From the NCBI GenBank assembly GCA_964016885.1, contig OZ024746.1:34286001-34350000 (forward strand): DNA of 64,000 nucleotides, in the 5' to 3' direction. The first letter of the stretch is position 1, and each line of letters opens with the position of its first letter. Under the pieces are notes generated by a model. It was not told the DNA's origin. It did no database searches and was given only the letters and a program-made list of their open reading frames with translations. This document shows positions 39,823 to 53,021 of this stretch, one piece after another. This stretch comes from Eledone cirrhosa (taxonomy: Eukaryota). Both the position numbers and the translations under genes were made by a program.

Positions 39823-41711
39823 ATATTCTATGTCTATATTCACATATATATCGCTATTTCAGAGCATTTATTCCAATTTCTAATTTCTGCCGGACCGGCA
39901 ACCGCTCTTTCAAACCAGTTCCTGTACACAGCTAAGTATTCTATAAGTCTCTAGCTGTGTCATTCTCGATAAAAGCACTGGATATGTAGTCCTGATGATT
40001 TCTAACAAGAATGAAACGCGTAGATTACTTCCCTTGCTTTTATCGAGAATCTAATTGTAATACGTGACGTATTCTATTCTATAGCAATTAGGTCTTCAAA
40101 ATGTTTATTATAAACATACAGAATATTTTCGAATATTCTATGTCTATATTCACATATATATCGCTATTTCAGAGCATTTATTCCAATTTCTAATTTCTGC
40201 CGGACCGGCAACCGCTCTTTCAAACCAGTTCCTGTACACAGCTAAGTATTCTATAAGTCTCTAGCTGTGTCATTCTCGATAAAAGCACTGGATATGTAGT
40301 CCTGATGATTTCTAACAAGAATGAAACGCGTAGATTACTTCCCTTGCTTTTATCGAGAATCTAATTGTAATACGTGACGTATTCTATTCTATAGCGATTA
40401 GGTCTTCAAAATGTTTATTATAAACATACAGAATATTTTCGAATATTCTATGTCTATATTCACATATATATCGCTATTTCAGAGCATTTATTCCAATTTC
40501 TAATTTCTGCCGGACCGGCAACCGCTCTTTCAAACCAGTTCCTGTACACAGCTAGGTATTCTATAAGTCTCTAGCTGTGTCATTCTCGATAAAAGCACTG
40601 GATATGTAGTCCTGATGATTTCTAACAAGAATGAAACGCGTAGATTACTTCCCTTGCTTTTATCGAGAATCTAATTGTAATACGTGACGTATTCTATTCT
40701 ATAGCGATTAGGTCTTCAAAATGTTTATTATAAACATACAGAATATTTTCGAATATTCTATGTCTATATTCACATATATATCGCTATTTCAGAGCATTTA
40801 TTCCAATTTCTAATTTCTGCCGGACCGGCAACCGCTCTTTCAAACCAGTTCCTGTACACAGCTAAGTATTCTATAAGTCTCTAGCTGTGTCATTCTCGAT
40901 AAAAGCACTGGATATGTAGTCCTGATGATTTCTAACAAGAATGAAACGCGTAGATTACTTCCCTTGCTTTTATCGAGAATCTAATTGTAATACGTGACGT
41001 ATTCTATTCTATAGCGATTAGGTCTTCAAAATGTTTATTATAAACATACAGAATATTTTCGAATATTCTATGTCTATATTCACATATATATCGCTATTTC
41101 AGAGCATTTATTCCAATTTCTAATTTCTGCCGGACCGGCAACCGCTCTTTCAAACCAGTTCCTGTACACAGCTAAGTATTCTATAAGTCTCTAGCTGTGT
41201 CATTCTCGATAAAAGCACTGGATATGTAGTCCTGATGATTTCTAACAAGAATGAAACGCGTAGATTACTTCCCTTGCTTTTATCGAGAATCTAATTGTAA
41301 TACGTGACGTATTCTATTCTATAGCGATTAGGTCTTCAAAATGTTTATTATAAACATACAGAATATTTTCGAATATTCTATGTCTATATTCACATATATA
41401 TCGCTATTTCAGAGCATTTATTCCAATTTCTAATTTCTGCCGGACCGGCAACCGCTCTTTCAAACCAGTTCCTGTACACAGCTAAGTATTCTATAAGTCT
41501 CTAGCTGTGTCATTCTCGATAAAAGCACTGGATATGTAGTCCTGATGATTTCTAACAAGAATGAAACGCGTAGATTACTTCCCTTGCTTTTATCGAGAAT
41601 CTAATTGTAATACGTGACGTATTCTATTCTATAGCGATTAGGTCTTCAAAATGTTTATTATAAACATACAGAATATTTTCGAATATTCTATGTCTATATT
41701 CACATATATAT
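39823..41711 (+). repeat. Tandem array of ~6.1 x 310 bp units, each with a hammerhead ribozyme (retrozyme-like)
   Basis: CGGACCGGCA recurs at 39891, 40201, 40511, 40821, 41131 and 41441. I see only two substitutions among units (40086, 40555). Flanked by (TA)n. Confidence 0.97.
39962..40050 (+). ncRNA. Minimal type I hammerhead ribozyme (also at 40272, 40582, 40892, 41202, 41512)
   Basis: GUAGUC-CUGAUGA-U UUCU AACA AGAA U-GAAA-CGCG-UA^GAUUAC. Distal stem I AUUCUCGAUAAAAGCA/UGCUUUUAUCGAGAAU is a perfect 16 bp. Predicted cleavage after 40022. Confidence 0.92.
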
Positions 41712-41769
41712 ATATATATATATATGAAACGAAGAAACGAAGCAGGCTGTGTGGTTACTGTAAACAAAG

Positions 41770-41965
41770 TTTAAGATGGTAATGATTATTTCTGAAGACA
41801 GCATATATATGTGTAGGTATGTATATTCCCTCTGATAGTTTGTAAAAAATTTACATAGATCTATATGATATACATACCAACACAAACATATATATCCTAG
41901 AAACGAACGTAAAATGATGAATTTTTTAATATAAGGAACTGTTTCTTTGTTTTTATTCATTATTT
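41770..41965 (+). mobile_element. Solo PLE terminus with long-stem-II hammerhead (41785-41918)
   Basis: Reverse-complement homolog of ~2995-3165. CUGAAGA at 41792 and GAAACGAACGUA at 41900. Confidence 0.8.
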
Positions 41966-42115
41966 TTATTAATTTATCTTGACTCTGTTTTCCTGTATTT
42001 TTCATCGGAAAACAATTTTTTTCTGTTTTAATACATCTTATCTTTTCATGATATTCGGATTACATTGAGTTCTTCATACGGATTGGACTCTACCGTACAT
42101 TTTGGTAGATTTATC

Positions 42116-42166
<51 letters not shown>

Positions 42167-42652
42167 GCAATATATAAGTATACATATGCATATACATATA
42201 TACACGTATATATGCATATACATATATACACGCATATATGCATATACATATATACACGCACATATATATGCATATATATGTGCGTGTGTGTATAGGTTTA
42301 TCAGTGTAATAATTACAATTTATTTGTAATCTGAAGCGTTTATATTCATTCTCAAACTATATTCGACCCCTTTTGACGTCGCATCAGATGGTGTATACAT
42401 AAGCTAAACTGCCACGGAACAATCAATGAGATAATATTTCCCTTATCAGTCATAACATAGAGAAGTATCACTGAAATGGTCATCCTGATATGTATAATAA
42501 TATTACATCTGTTGGCAATCAATTATCATATGTATGAAATAGTGTACTTAACACTATCATTAAAAGTAAATATAAATATGTACCTATTTATACCATACAC
42601 ATAAAATTGAACTCACACACAATTCAAGAACCATAAGGTTGATCATATAGAA

Positions 42653-42690
<38 letters not shown>

Positions 42691-42736
42691 ATGCTAGTAG
42701 TAGTAGTATTAGTAGTAGAAGTAGTAGTAGTAATGT

Positions 42737-42793
<57 letters not shown>

Positions 42794-42840
42794 AAGTAGT
42801 AGTAATGTTAGTAGTATTAGTAGTAGTAGTAGTAGTAGTA
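42653..42840. repeat. (AGT)n microsatellite
   Basis: Direct reading. Confidence 0.98.
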
Positions 42841-42860
42841 AAACTAATGGTTCCTTATAT

Positions 42861-43050
42861 AGGCACAAGACCAGCAATATTTCTGGAGAGTGGACAATCG
42901 ATTATATCAGCCCCTATGCCTGATAGGTGTTACATATTTAATCGCACACATATGGATGAAAGGCAAAGCTAACCTCGGCGGTATTCGAATTCAGAAGGTA
43001 AACGGATGTAACTCAATGTCATCAATCATGTTGTTCGACGAACTACCGAT
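42861..43050 (-). mobile_element. Diverged SINE subfamily copy
   Basis: GGCACAAGACCAGCAAT...GGATGAAAGGCAAAGCTAACCTCGGCGGTATTCGAA, with a longer middle. Confidence 0.7.
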
Positions 43051-43899
43051 ATGCCAATCCACATCCGAATGATATAGGTAGACGTCGGATGGTCACTCGT
43101 AAAGAAAGCCCACAAAGGCAAGGTCAGTTTGACTCTCAGGGCAAATGCATTATTCAAGTTGTGTAAGGGCAGGTCTATTCTCTCCGACCAAGTTTGCCTC
43201 TGACACCCACCTTTCAACCAACTACTTGTAAGGCAGCACTTCTCTTTCCACTCTGATTTTCCTCTCCTGTTGAAAAATAAAAAAAATGTAGTCAGGGCTT
43301 CACCATAGATGAATATGATTGGCTTTGAGCATTTCAAACGCATCCACCGCACGAACTTTTTCATCATGGCCATAAAACATTTAAAAACTGCCTAGACTGC
43401 CTGTCTAAACTAAGGCGGTGGGATAATCTTCAGGATAAATTCAGCTGATAGTCGGATGACTCCTACACGTGACAGCAGTTGCCCGACATCATTACTACTG
43501 CAGACGAATAACAAAAGGAGGTTAGAGCAGAATCTGAAGCTGTCTCTACGGTTGACTACAAAGTGAAAGTGGACAGTGATGAAGAAGATTTCTACTAATT
43601 GAACAACCGTCTGGCTGTGGAAGAGCATAGTGACGGAAGAGTAAGGAGTCACTTGGATGAGGCGGTTGAGTTGCATAGACGGTAGTTGGATTTATTGAAT
43701 GCCGCATAAGAAAGAATCCTAATGAATGTAAGAATGGCAGATAAGACGATGATAATTGAAACTACACAAAATATAAATGCTTAAATACAGCACATCCAGA
43801 CAAAGGACATACTGCAAACTTGAAATCTTTTCCGAGCTGTTGCACTGCTTGTAGGCGACAAATTCGACTGACGAGCAGTAAGCAGTGTACATTCCATAA

Positions 43900-46200
43900 T
43901 GCGGTTAAGGAAGGATCTAAGTAAAATTGATCAACGTGTGAGAGAAAAGTAGAACATTGGAAAAAGGTTGAACTAGAAGCACTTGACAAGGCATATACAA
44001 TATGTATGTGTGGATGCCATACAGTAATGTAATAGCTAAAACAGAATTCTCTTGAAAAGCCAGAAGACGAGGAGATGTTTAAAAAGAAATAAACAGTTAG
44101 AGGAGAAATGATTTTAACAAAATAATGTAAAACAAATGCCCTGTACTTTGAAAGGAAACAACGGGAAGGATGCTACCCCTAATGCTGACAGTGCCAGAGT
44201 GTTATGAAATAAAATATTGGGAAACAGTATGAGACATAGAAAGCAACCCAAGTGGATATATACCACCGAGTCAATTGTGAGGAGGATATATACATAGAGA
44301 TACTACCCTAAGCATATTTATATTGCCACGAATGATTTTAAGAAGTCATATGCTATAGTGCATCATCATTGGATTGGGGGAGGGGGGCTGTGTATGTTTG
44401 GTAATGCCGACAATGTCATCAAGCTTACACTGAATATTATGTTTTTGTGGAAACCCCAAGTGCAACCTATGCAAAATCTATCTGAGAAAAGTATAAATTA
44501 AAAGAACTATCTTCCAAGGGGACTCATTTTCACCTTTACTATTTGCTATAGCGCTAATACCTGTAACACTCACACTCTGAAAAATAAAAAGCGAGATACC
44601 AATTTGGAAAGCCATTCACAAACCACCTTCTGTTTAAAGATGACCTAAAACTGTTTGGGAAGACTGAAAACCAAGGAGTGTCATTGGTTAAAAAAAAGTC
44701 CAGATATAGAGCAGTGACATCAGTATGAAATTTGGTATTTCCAAATGATCTGTACTCAACATGGATAGAGGGATGAAAGCAGCCTGTAGTGGATTACGAC
44801 TGTCATCGGAAGAAACCATGGGAGAACCAGAAGATAGTTGCTATACATATCTGGGAAACTTATAGCTAGATGATATTTTGCATGGAGAAAGGAAAGAAAA
44901 GTTTATATTTTTAAAAGAATAAACGTGATTTAAAAATGCAATTTGATTGCAAGAAATCTTGTCACAGCAATGAATACCTGGGCGGTTGCAGTGATTAGAT
45001 ATAGTGCATTCATTCTGAGTTGAACCTAAGAAGAAATATCCAAAGTGGATTTTAAAAAAACGAGTACAATAACGAGTTAGTGTACGGATGTTTACACCCT
45101 AAAGCAAATATATATAAACTATGCATGAAGATGAAGTATGGTGGCAGAGGCCTCATCAGTGCGGAGCATTTTATAAGTAGTGAAAGGAGAATGCTTGCAG
45201 AATATCTAATATACAGCGACGAATAGTTGCTGCAATATGCATCAGACGGTATTGGCATAAATGCAGTAGAAATGGTAGGAGAGAAAGCATGTAACCAAAG
45301 AGCTGCAGGGAAACCAAAGATGATCTAGGAATGAGAATGCAAGATCAGTTTGAGATAAATACACAGAACATCGAGGATAAAACAACATCGTGAACAAGGT
45401 TTAAGCAAGTTATTGTAAAAGTGCCACTGAAATCATTATTGTTGCAGGGCAAGACCAAGCTGTTGCTAACAATTCGGTGAAATATAACATCTATAAATCT
45501 TATGGCACCCAGAAATGCAGGGTCTGTGGAAACAATGTAGATGTTAATGTAGATATGAGAACCTTGCAAGAAATTAATTCAAGCACATACCATGATAAAT
45601 TCTGTCTACACCATCATTGGATTCTGTGATGTAAATTTCAATATGAAATCATACAGAATTGCTATGAGCATGTGTCCTGTAAACTAATATGGGTGGGTGG
45701 GAAAGCAATAGTATCATGGGATGATGGGTTTCTAACTGATAGAGTAATTGGGCATCACCGACAGGACATGGTAGGATTGAACAAGAAAAACAAATACAGT
45801 CAGATCATCGACGTGGCCACACAAAATGACACGAATATTGCGAGTAAGGAGATTGAAAAATATCACTCTGAATTGTGAAGCTTGCAAGATTATTTGGAAT
45901 GCATGTGTTAGGTGAAAATGGTGAGTTGTGATCTGGGCATTAAGTTCAAACCCATTGACATTTAAAACTGCTTTAAGCGACTGGGATTACCATTACGTTT
46001 AGGTGTCATACAAAAGGGGGTTTTGCTAGGAGCAGTGCACATTTTGAGGAAAGTATTATCTGTTTGAGGTCTTTGTAACGATTTGATAGATCACTAAATA
46101 CATTAGAGCATTATCAAACTGCACAAAATGAGAGAGTGACAATATTAATAATGTTGATCATGATCATGATGATGATCATGATAATAAACAAATAAAAACA
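43900..46200 (+). mobile_element. Decayed R4/Dong-like LINE (RT + restriction-like endonuclease)
   Basis: Broken frames: IFQGDSFSPLLFAIALIP (~44509), NHLLFKDDLKLFG (~44621), NTWAVAVIRYS, HPKANI..GGRGL, CRVCG, DRVIGHHRQDMV..DVA..KEIEKY. Simple-repeat tail. 5' limit approximate. Confidence 0.85.
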
Positions 46201-46585
46201 ATTAACATAGTAATAAATGAAAAGTATTCCATATATAAAACTATTAAATTACAATTTCGTTTTGTTAAAATAACTATAACCTAAAATGATAAAAGCACTT
46301 CAGATGAAGTAAATAAATGTGATGTTATTTTATACTGGTTTCATCATGCCTTTGTGCATGAATTGACAACTTCAGAAACATTCGTATGATTAATATTTTT
46401 ATTTTTTACAAATAAACATATTGAAATTGCATGTATATATATTAAACAAATAAACGTATGAGGATTTCACATACACATACACACACGCGCGCGCGCGCAC
46501 ACCCACCCACCAACATCCACATCCACACACCCACACATACACCCACACACACGCACAAATATATATATATATATATACAATATAT

Positions 46586-46767
46586 TAATTGTTTCTACTT
46601 TAGGCACAAGGCCAGCACTTACCCAGCGCATTACTGGTACTTTATTTTATCGACCTCGTAAAGATGAAAGGCACAGTCAACCTCTGCGGGATTTGAACTC
46701 AGATCGTAAAGGGATGTAACTATGCTGGAATGCATGGCGCCGACCCTTTACCGATACTGCCAATCCT
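46586..46767 (-). mobile_element. tRNA-derived SINE
   Basis: Same family. Confidence 0.88.
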
Positions 46768-46770
46768 CAA

Positions 46771-47020
46771 ATGGAAACTATATTTATAAAACCATAATTA
46801 TTTTATTATATATATTTCAAGGACAACCAAAGCATTCTTGGTGCGCTTTCATCAGTAAAAATACAATATTTGTTTTATAAATATTGACATAACCGTGGAA
46901 AAAACAACCTTGACGGTTGAAATTTCACCAAATATTTACTCCAGTAAACTGTTGTGTGCCTTATGTAAGTTATAAACTTTTAAGCTTGTTGGAATCCCAA
47001 CAAATTAAATATAACTTCTG
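46771..47020. mobile_element. Mini PLE terminus related to 16097-16320, with HHR (46781-46882, - strand) and inverted terminal segment
   Basis: CUGAUGA-AAG..CUU-GAAA-UAUAUAUA. 46930-47020 is the reverse complement of the 16097-16182-type terminus. Confidence 0.8.
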
Positions 47021-48099
47021 CATATATATATATATTTATATATGTATTAGATGTGAAACGATTACATCTCATTTGACGAAATGAGTATTATTTGTTCTGT
47101 AGGTGGGAAATACAGAGCGAGAATTCAATGTGTATATAAACGTGTGTATCAATTATATTTGCACGTACTGAAACGCTAGATTCTGGGTGGAAGATTATAT
47201 TGAATGAATAATTAGTTTACGTGATAAAACAGGATAACTTTGATGATGATGAGGGTATAGAAAATGATTGTATTACTTCTGTGTACACTAGTGATGGGGG
47301 AGCATAAATGTGTGTGAAACAGGAAGTTGATAATGGACATAGTCATAAAATTAACAGATTGCCTTTTGTGCTGGGTTATCCACAGCTAGTGAGGCGTAGG
47401 GCTTGACTGTGGCTGCCGCCATATAGTGTCTAAACGTTGGTGGGTGGGGTCTTTTGATATTTACACAATCCTGCAATCAACGTTACCTAATGGGGTATCC
47501 GGGAGGCGGGTAGTGGATTATCGCGTGTATAGTCAATTGTGTATGTTTGAAGCGAAGCAAACAGGGAATTTTATCTCTGATTGCATCATTAACCTCTTGA
47601 TTGAAGCAAGTTTTCCTCCTGCCATCCGGCGCCACACGAAACATATGTCGCTCGCAACATTTAACAGCTGAAGCATAAACTCCTCTGACGAACAATCCCG
47701 ACTTAGTTTCAACGTTCTCATTTTGCTAGGAGAGATAACTGAATTCGGATACAATCCAATCGGCAGATCTTGTCCTGAATTCCTTATCCACCAACGACTC
47801 CCACTTTATCTCGTATGTCGCTCTAGACCTGACAGTTTTGTGGACGTCTTCGGCTTCAAGTCATCTCCAGCTACAAATAACAAGATGGTGATCAGTTGAT
47901 GGTCTTCCCCTCAAAAACCTATAAGGCATGGTCCACCTGAAGTGTTAACAAAGGGCCTTGTGTTGAGAGGCCCTGTTTGAAAAATATGTTACTGACTCCA
48001 TTTCATGCCACAAACACTGGCAGTGAGCTTGTGACATGTTCTGGGAGGCTTGCGATGGACGCTAAGCGTTTGTGTATCCCGAGACCTCAAAAACGTTTC

Positions 48100-48640
48100 A
48101 AAAGGGAGGTACACTTGAAAATTGACACCTGGATATGGATAATCACAACTGTTACAGGTAAGGAGCAAGAAGTTGTGGAGTAGGCTAGATGCTACGGGCT
48201 AAATATAGTCGTGGTTTCCTCTCCAATGTTCCCTGGCTCTGGTATTGTAGAGTTGGATGAGGGATGGTAAATCCACTATTAAGTTTTGGCGCCAGAGAGA
48301 AAAGTACAGCAAGGAGAGGGGATACTTACATGCCTCCGTCTGGGAGAATATATTTTGGATTTGATCCCATCAGGAGGGAGGATTTGTCTCTTGTAGGTAA
48401 CTGTTGTTTGTGCAGGTTTATGCACCAAACAAAGAGCCTGACGGAATACAGATCGTTTCTTGATGAAGTCACTGCAACGTTTGATCTAATGGGAGAATAC
48501 TATGGATATGGAAAGGAGTGATAGGAAGGAAAGGCGTGCCCGATAGAAAGACGAATGGAGGGGTCTAATGAGTCTTTTTTTATTGTAATACACTCTCCTC
48601 CAGCACAAGACTTCGATAAATCTACGTGATATAAGGGGAA
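48100..48640 (+). mobile_element. RTE-like LINE APE endonuclease fragment
   Basis: KIDTW..ITTVTGKEQEVVE*ARCYGLNIVVVS..GSGIVELDEGW. Confidence 0.7.
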
Positions 48641-49228
48641 TCAAGAAACTTACTTAATTATTCATTATTATTAGTCGGGTTCTATATTCAAAAATAAATG
48701 GAGATCCGAAAAAGCTGACATATTCTGTTGGCAGTTATACGAAATCAAGATGTCCATATCTCGCGGCAAACTCAACACTGACCATCGTTGAATATGATGG
48801 TTATAATTATATATATACATATGTGTGCGTGTATGTGTGTGTATGTGTGTGCGCGTGTGGTTGTGGCTGTGATGGTGAGATGCTCGCTACATATTAAATA
48901 TCTTGGAATCTAATTATGCAACGTAAAATCTGTTATAGAATCTAAGGAAATGATTTCTTATTTAAAGTTTAGAATGTTTAAAGTTTACCAACAAAATAAC
49001 TGAAAGTGTACCTTTTATCGATCTATATTTGCTTGCCATTTCCTTTCAGGCATACTATCTCTCTATATATATATCATATTCGCCCCCCCCCCCCGCTGTC
49101 GCTCTCTGTCTCTCGTTTTCTTTCATGCATTACATATATTTACATATATAAAGAGACATATAGAGAGAATGAGATACACGCGCACACACACACTCAACAC
49201 CTCCGCCATACACACACACACACATACG

Positions 49229-49348
<120 letters not shown>

Positions 49349-49859
49349 TATATAATTGCACAGATGATAAATTGATATCGAAACATAATCTATAATCATT
49401 CAATCTAAATCCTACACTATTTCTAAGCACCAATTCCTTTCTAATTTTATGTTTCTGTATTCGTATAATAACATATACAAAATCAATTTATTTATCCCAA
49501 ATATTTGACAATATCTGGCTATTTTATCGTATCAAATAGACAATTTATCTTTTAATGAGGCCATAATATTATCAAATCTGATCATATCTCTCATCCAGAT
49601 GGTATTTTTAAAAATCAAATGAGCACCTTAATGGTTGAATAACATTTGTTTATTTATGATTATAGGTGTTGCTTTACGTAAGCATATATATTATTATCTT
49701 AGAGAGAGTAGGTATGGAGTACATTTTCATCTTAGAATATCTGGGGTAACTATTATCTAAACACATACAGAGAGATATAGATAGATAGATAGAGAGAGAG
49801 AGAGGAATGCACACCCCATATATATATATACACACACATATAGGCATTGCCTTTATATA

Positions 49860-49899
<40 letters not shown>

Positions 49900-50237
49900 T
49901 AATTTATATAATTGTATATATATATATATATACATATATAGATTTTGAATATATGTTGGTTGTATATGATTCCAGTTCCTCAGTGAAATAACAACCCAAC
50001 CAGGAACTGAGCATATCAGAGTATTGACAATATTATACACCTCAACAACATATGTACTTGTCTATACCACACTAATTCGGACTGCCTGAAGAGGTCACAG
50101 CCAAAGATGGCTGTCACTGAAATATATATAGCAGCAATAAACGAAGCTAAATTTGAAACATTTAACTTTTTATTTAACTTTATTTTATATACATATATTG
50201 TTCCAGAATCCCACATTTTACACAAAAGTGTTTATTC

Positions 50238-52877
50238 TTAGGTCCCTATGCATTTTCTCATGCCGTTTTGTACAGTATCAATTTATAATGCGATTTTGAT
50301 TAGTTCAGACTAATTTAAGACTTGCCTAATAGTTACAACTTGGTTGAATAATGGCGGAAACTATTGGGCTTAGTTGTAGCTACTCGTTCCGTTGTGATGA
50401 TCGAGAAATATGGCTCCTGTTACATCCTTTTCACCAAACAAAATACCAACAAAGGAGGATGTTCTAGGATATTTCTTCTACCTGAAAGATGGTCCTATGA
50501 AACACGAAAAGCATGTGAGCTTCAATGGTGCTATTGCGGATAGGCTTATGATTGAAGTAGTTAGTCAGTGGGGAAAATCTGGTGTGGCGACTCAACGAAA
50601 AGACAAAGTGAAACTGAAAATTATGAACATGTCCAGTGAATACAGAACTTTACACAAAAACAAAGGTTCTAAGTCAAACAAAGAAAAGGAAGCACTATTT
50701 ATTTCTGAATTGGATTCGTATTTCTACATTGCACATACTGATGCTCAAAAGAAAATTTTTAAAGACCGCCTTCGTAATAATGAACAGAAAATGGAAGATG
50801 CTACATTTCTCGAATCCCTGCGTTGCCAGAAAAAAGTATCTCTGGGTTCTGAAAACAAGGGTTAACGGAAAAGTTATCTTCAACATTTAAGCGTAATCAG
50901 GTTTCTGGGGCTCGTCGAGAGTCAGAGGACCATAGAAAGCGTTTGTCAGGATCTATAGCAGCACAACTTCCACGTAATGAATTGAGTGATTCAAGTTCAA
51001 CCAATGATGAAACTGAAGATGAACAGGATCCTGAATTTCAGGCCTCAAACCCACCCAGAGACAGCTAAAGTCAGACAAGAAACGAAAAATCCAGCTGGAA
51101 CTCCCAAAGAATCCATTTCAAAGTCCAAACATTTCTCTAGTGGCTGATCGTTTAAACTTGACAATGGGCCAGAGATGGCATCGATTATTTCTGAGGGTGG
51201 GACTGACATATACGCCACAACTCTCTCCGAGAATAGTAGCAGACGTGCAGCTAAGAAGATCAGAACTGTGGGGGATGAACACATAAAGGAGAAATTTTCT
51301 GTACCAGACTTTGTTACCTTGCATTGGATGGCAAATCATTCCTGGTGACCACGAGAGGCTAGGTGTGCTAGTTGCTGGAACTACGGACTTCAGAGAATGT
51401 AAACTCCTCGGTGTTCCCATAATTCCTGATGGCACTGGAACCACCCAAGCCGAAACATCATTTGATCTTGTTAAAGATTGGAATGTTGATGGGTCTGTGG
51501 TGGGCTTGGTCTTCGTCACAACTGCTTCGAATTCTGGATGGAAAAATGGTGGCTGCGTGAAACTAGAATAGATGCACAACAAAAAGGTGTTTTATTTTGC
51601 TTGTCGGCGTATCTTGTGTGCAGTGTGGCAACAACTATTCGGAGCAATGTCCAGTCCAGACACCCCAGAGTTCAAGGAGTTCAAAAAAGATTGGGTGTCA
51701 CTCACGTACAAGACCAACTTTAAAATATTGAACATTGTCGACCGGAGACTGAAGCATCTGTGTTCTGAGAACATCAATTTCCTCCAAGATTTGCTGACAT
51801 CCGACGATGGGAAAATGAGTTCTCTTCCACGGGACAACTACCGAGAATGTGCCAAGTTTATGTTGATCTTGCTTGGTGTCGCTCCTCCGCGTAGAATTCA
51901 TTGGATGCTGCCTGGTGCACATCATAATGCTCAGTGGATGTCTACAATCATCTATAGTGCAAAGATGTATGCATTTGGTGAGCGACTCAATTACGATCAA
52001 GCTAAACTGGTAAGTTCTACGTGCGATACTGGCTGCCACAGTCAAGTGAGCTGATGCACCATCCAATGCCCTTCAATTCTACGTGGAGTTGACACAGTAC
52101 AGTAAGGTTGACAGAGATCTCTCGCAGGCAGCCACTACTGCTTTGAGCAGGCATCTTTGGTATCTGACGGAGGAAGCCATTCCGCTGGCGCTGTTTTCAA
52201 GTCGGGTTGAAGAGTCCGAGAAGAAACAAATAGCCCAATGTTTTGTCTAAAAGAAAACGTCTGGGCCTTTCGACCGTGGTGCACCAGTATTTCCCGAGTT
52301 GAAGTCGTCCATGAAGCTGCCTCATCTAGTTGGGAAGAAATCAAGGCTTCTGTTCGATCTCATTGGTCTCGACGATACTTGGATTTACCTGTCACCTGCA
52401 ACTTGGTCATCACAAGCGTCATATCAAAATACCTGTGCTGCTGTTCACAATATCAAGGTAGTCAACGATCTGGCGGAGAGAGCAGTCAAGTTGATAACTG
52501 ATTTTGTTGGCATCACTAAGAATGAGGAGGAGAAGCAGTGTGTTCTTCATTAGTCGAAGCTCATCGTCGTTATGTCCCGGATTTCAAAAACGAAACTCTG
52601 AAAAAAATATGACTGGAGTTAACTCAACTGAACTTGTTTCTTCCTTGTACGCCTTTATATTCAAAGCTGGTTTACTGAATATAATGGATTAATAAAATAA
52701 ACAATTTTTGTATGGTCATATTTGGTTTCACATTTTCATGATTTCATGCAGCATAATCACACTTTCCACTATAATCACCATGATATAGGCAAGGCTCAAA
52801 ATAATTTATTTTATACAAAATATATTGTATTTTACCAATTCGGGAATTTGTAATGGGAAAATACACAGGGATCCTTA
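50238..52877 (+). mobile_element. Decayed hAT-superfamily (hATm-like) DNA transposon
   Basis: Fragmented ORFs 50410-52553 with LHW(D)GK (frameshifted), KLLGVP..DGTG..QA, F(V)TTASNSG..GGC..LE, FACRR, PRDNYRE, PGAHHNAQWM and VVNDLAERAVKLI. Possible degenerate inverted repeats at 50238-50261 and 52853-52877. Subfamily assigned from memory. Confidence 0.75.
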
Positions 52878-52905
52878 GTATTGTGACCTTGCTTTTTATG
52901 GCACA

Positions 52906-52967
<62 letters not shown>

Positions 52968-52977
52968 TGTATGTATG

Positions 52978-53021
<44 letters not shown>

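Noticed and set aside
39823-41711. CRISPR-like array
   Set aside because: The units are identical throughout with no unique spacers, there are no cas genes, and the context is eukaryotic.
47390-47900. Possible minus-strand RTE RT remnant
   Set aside because: Similarity is too faint to support.
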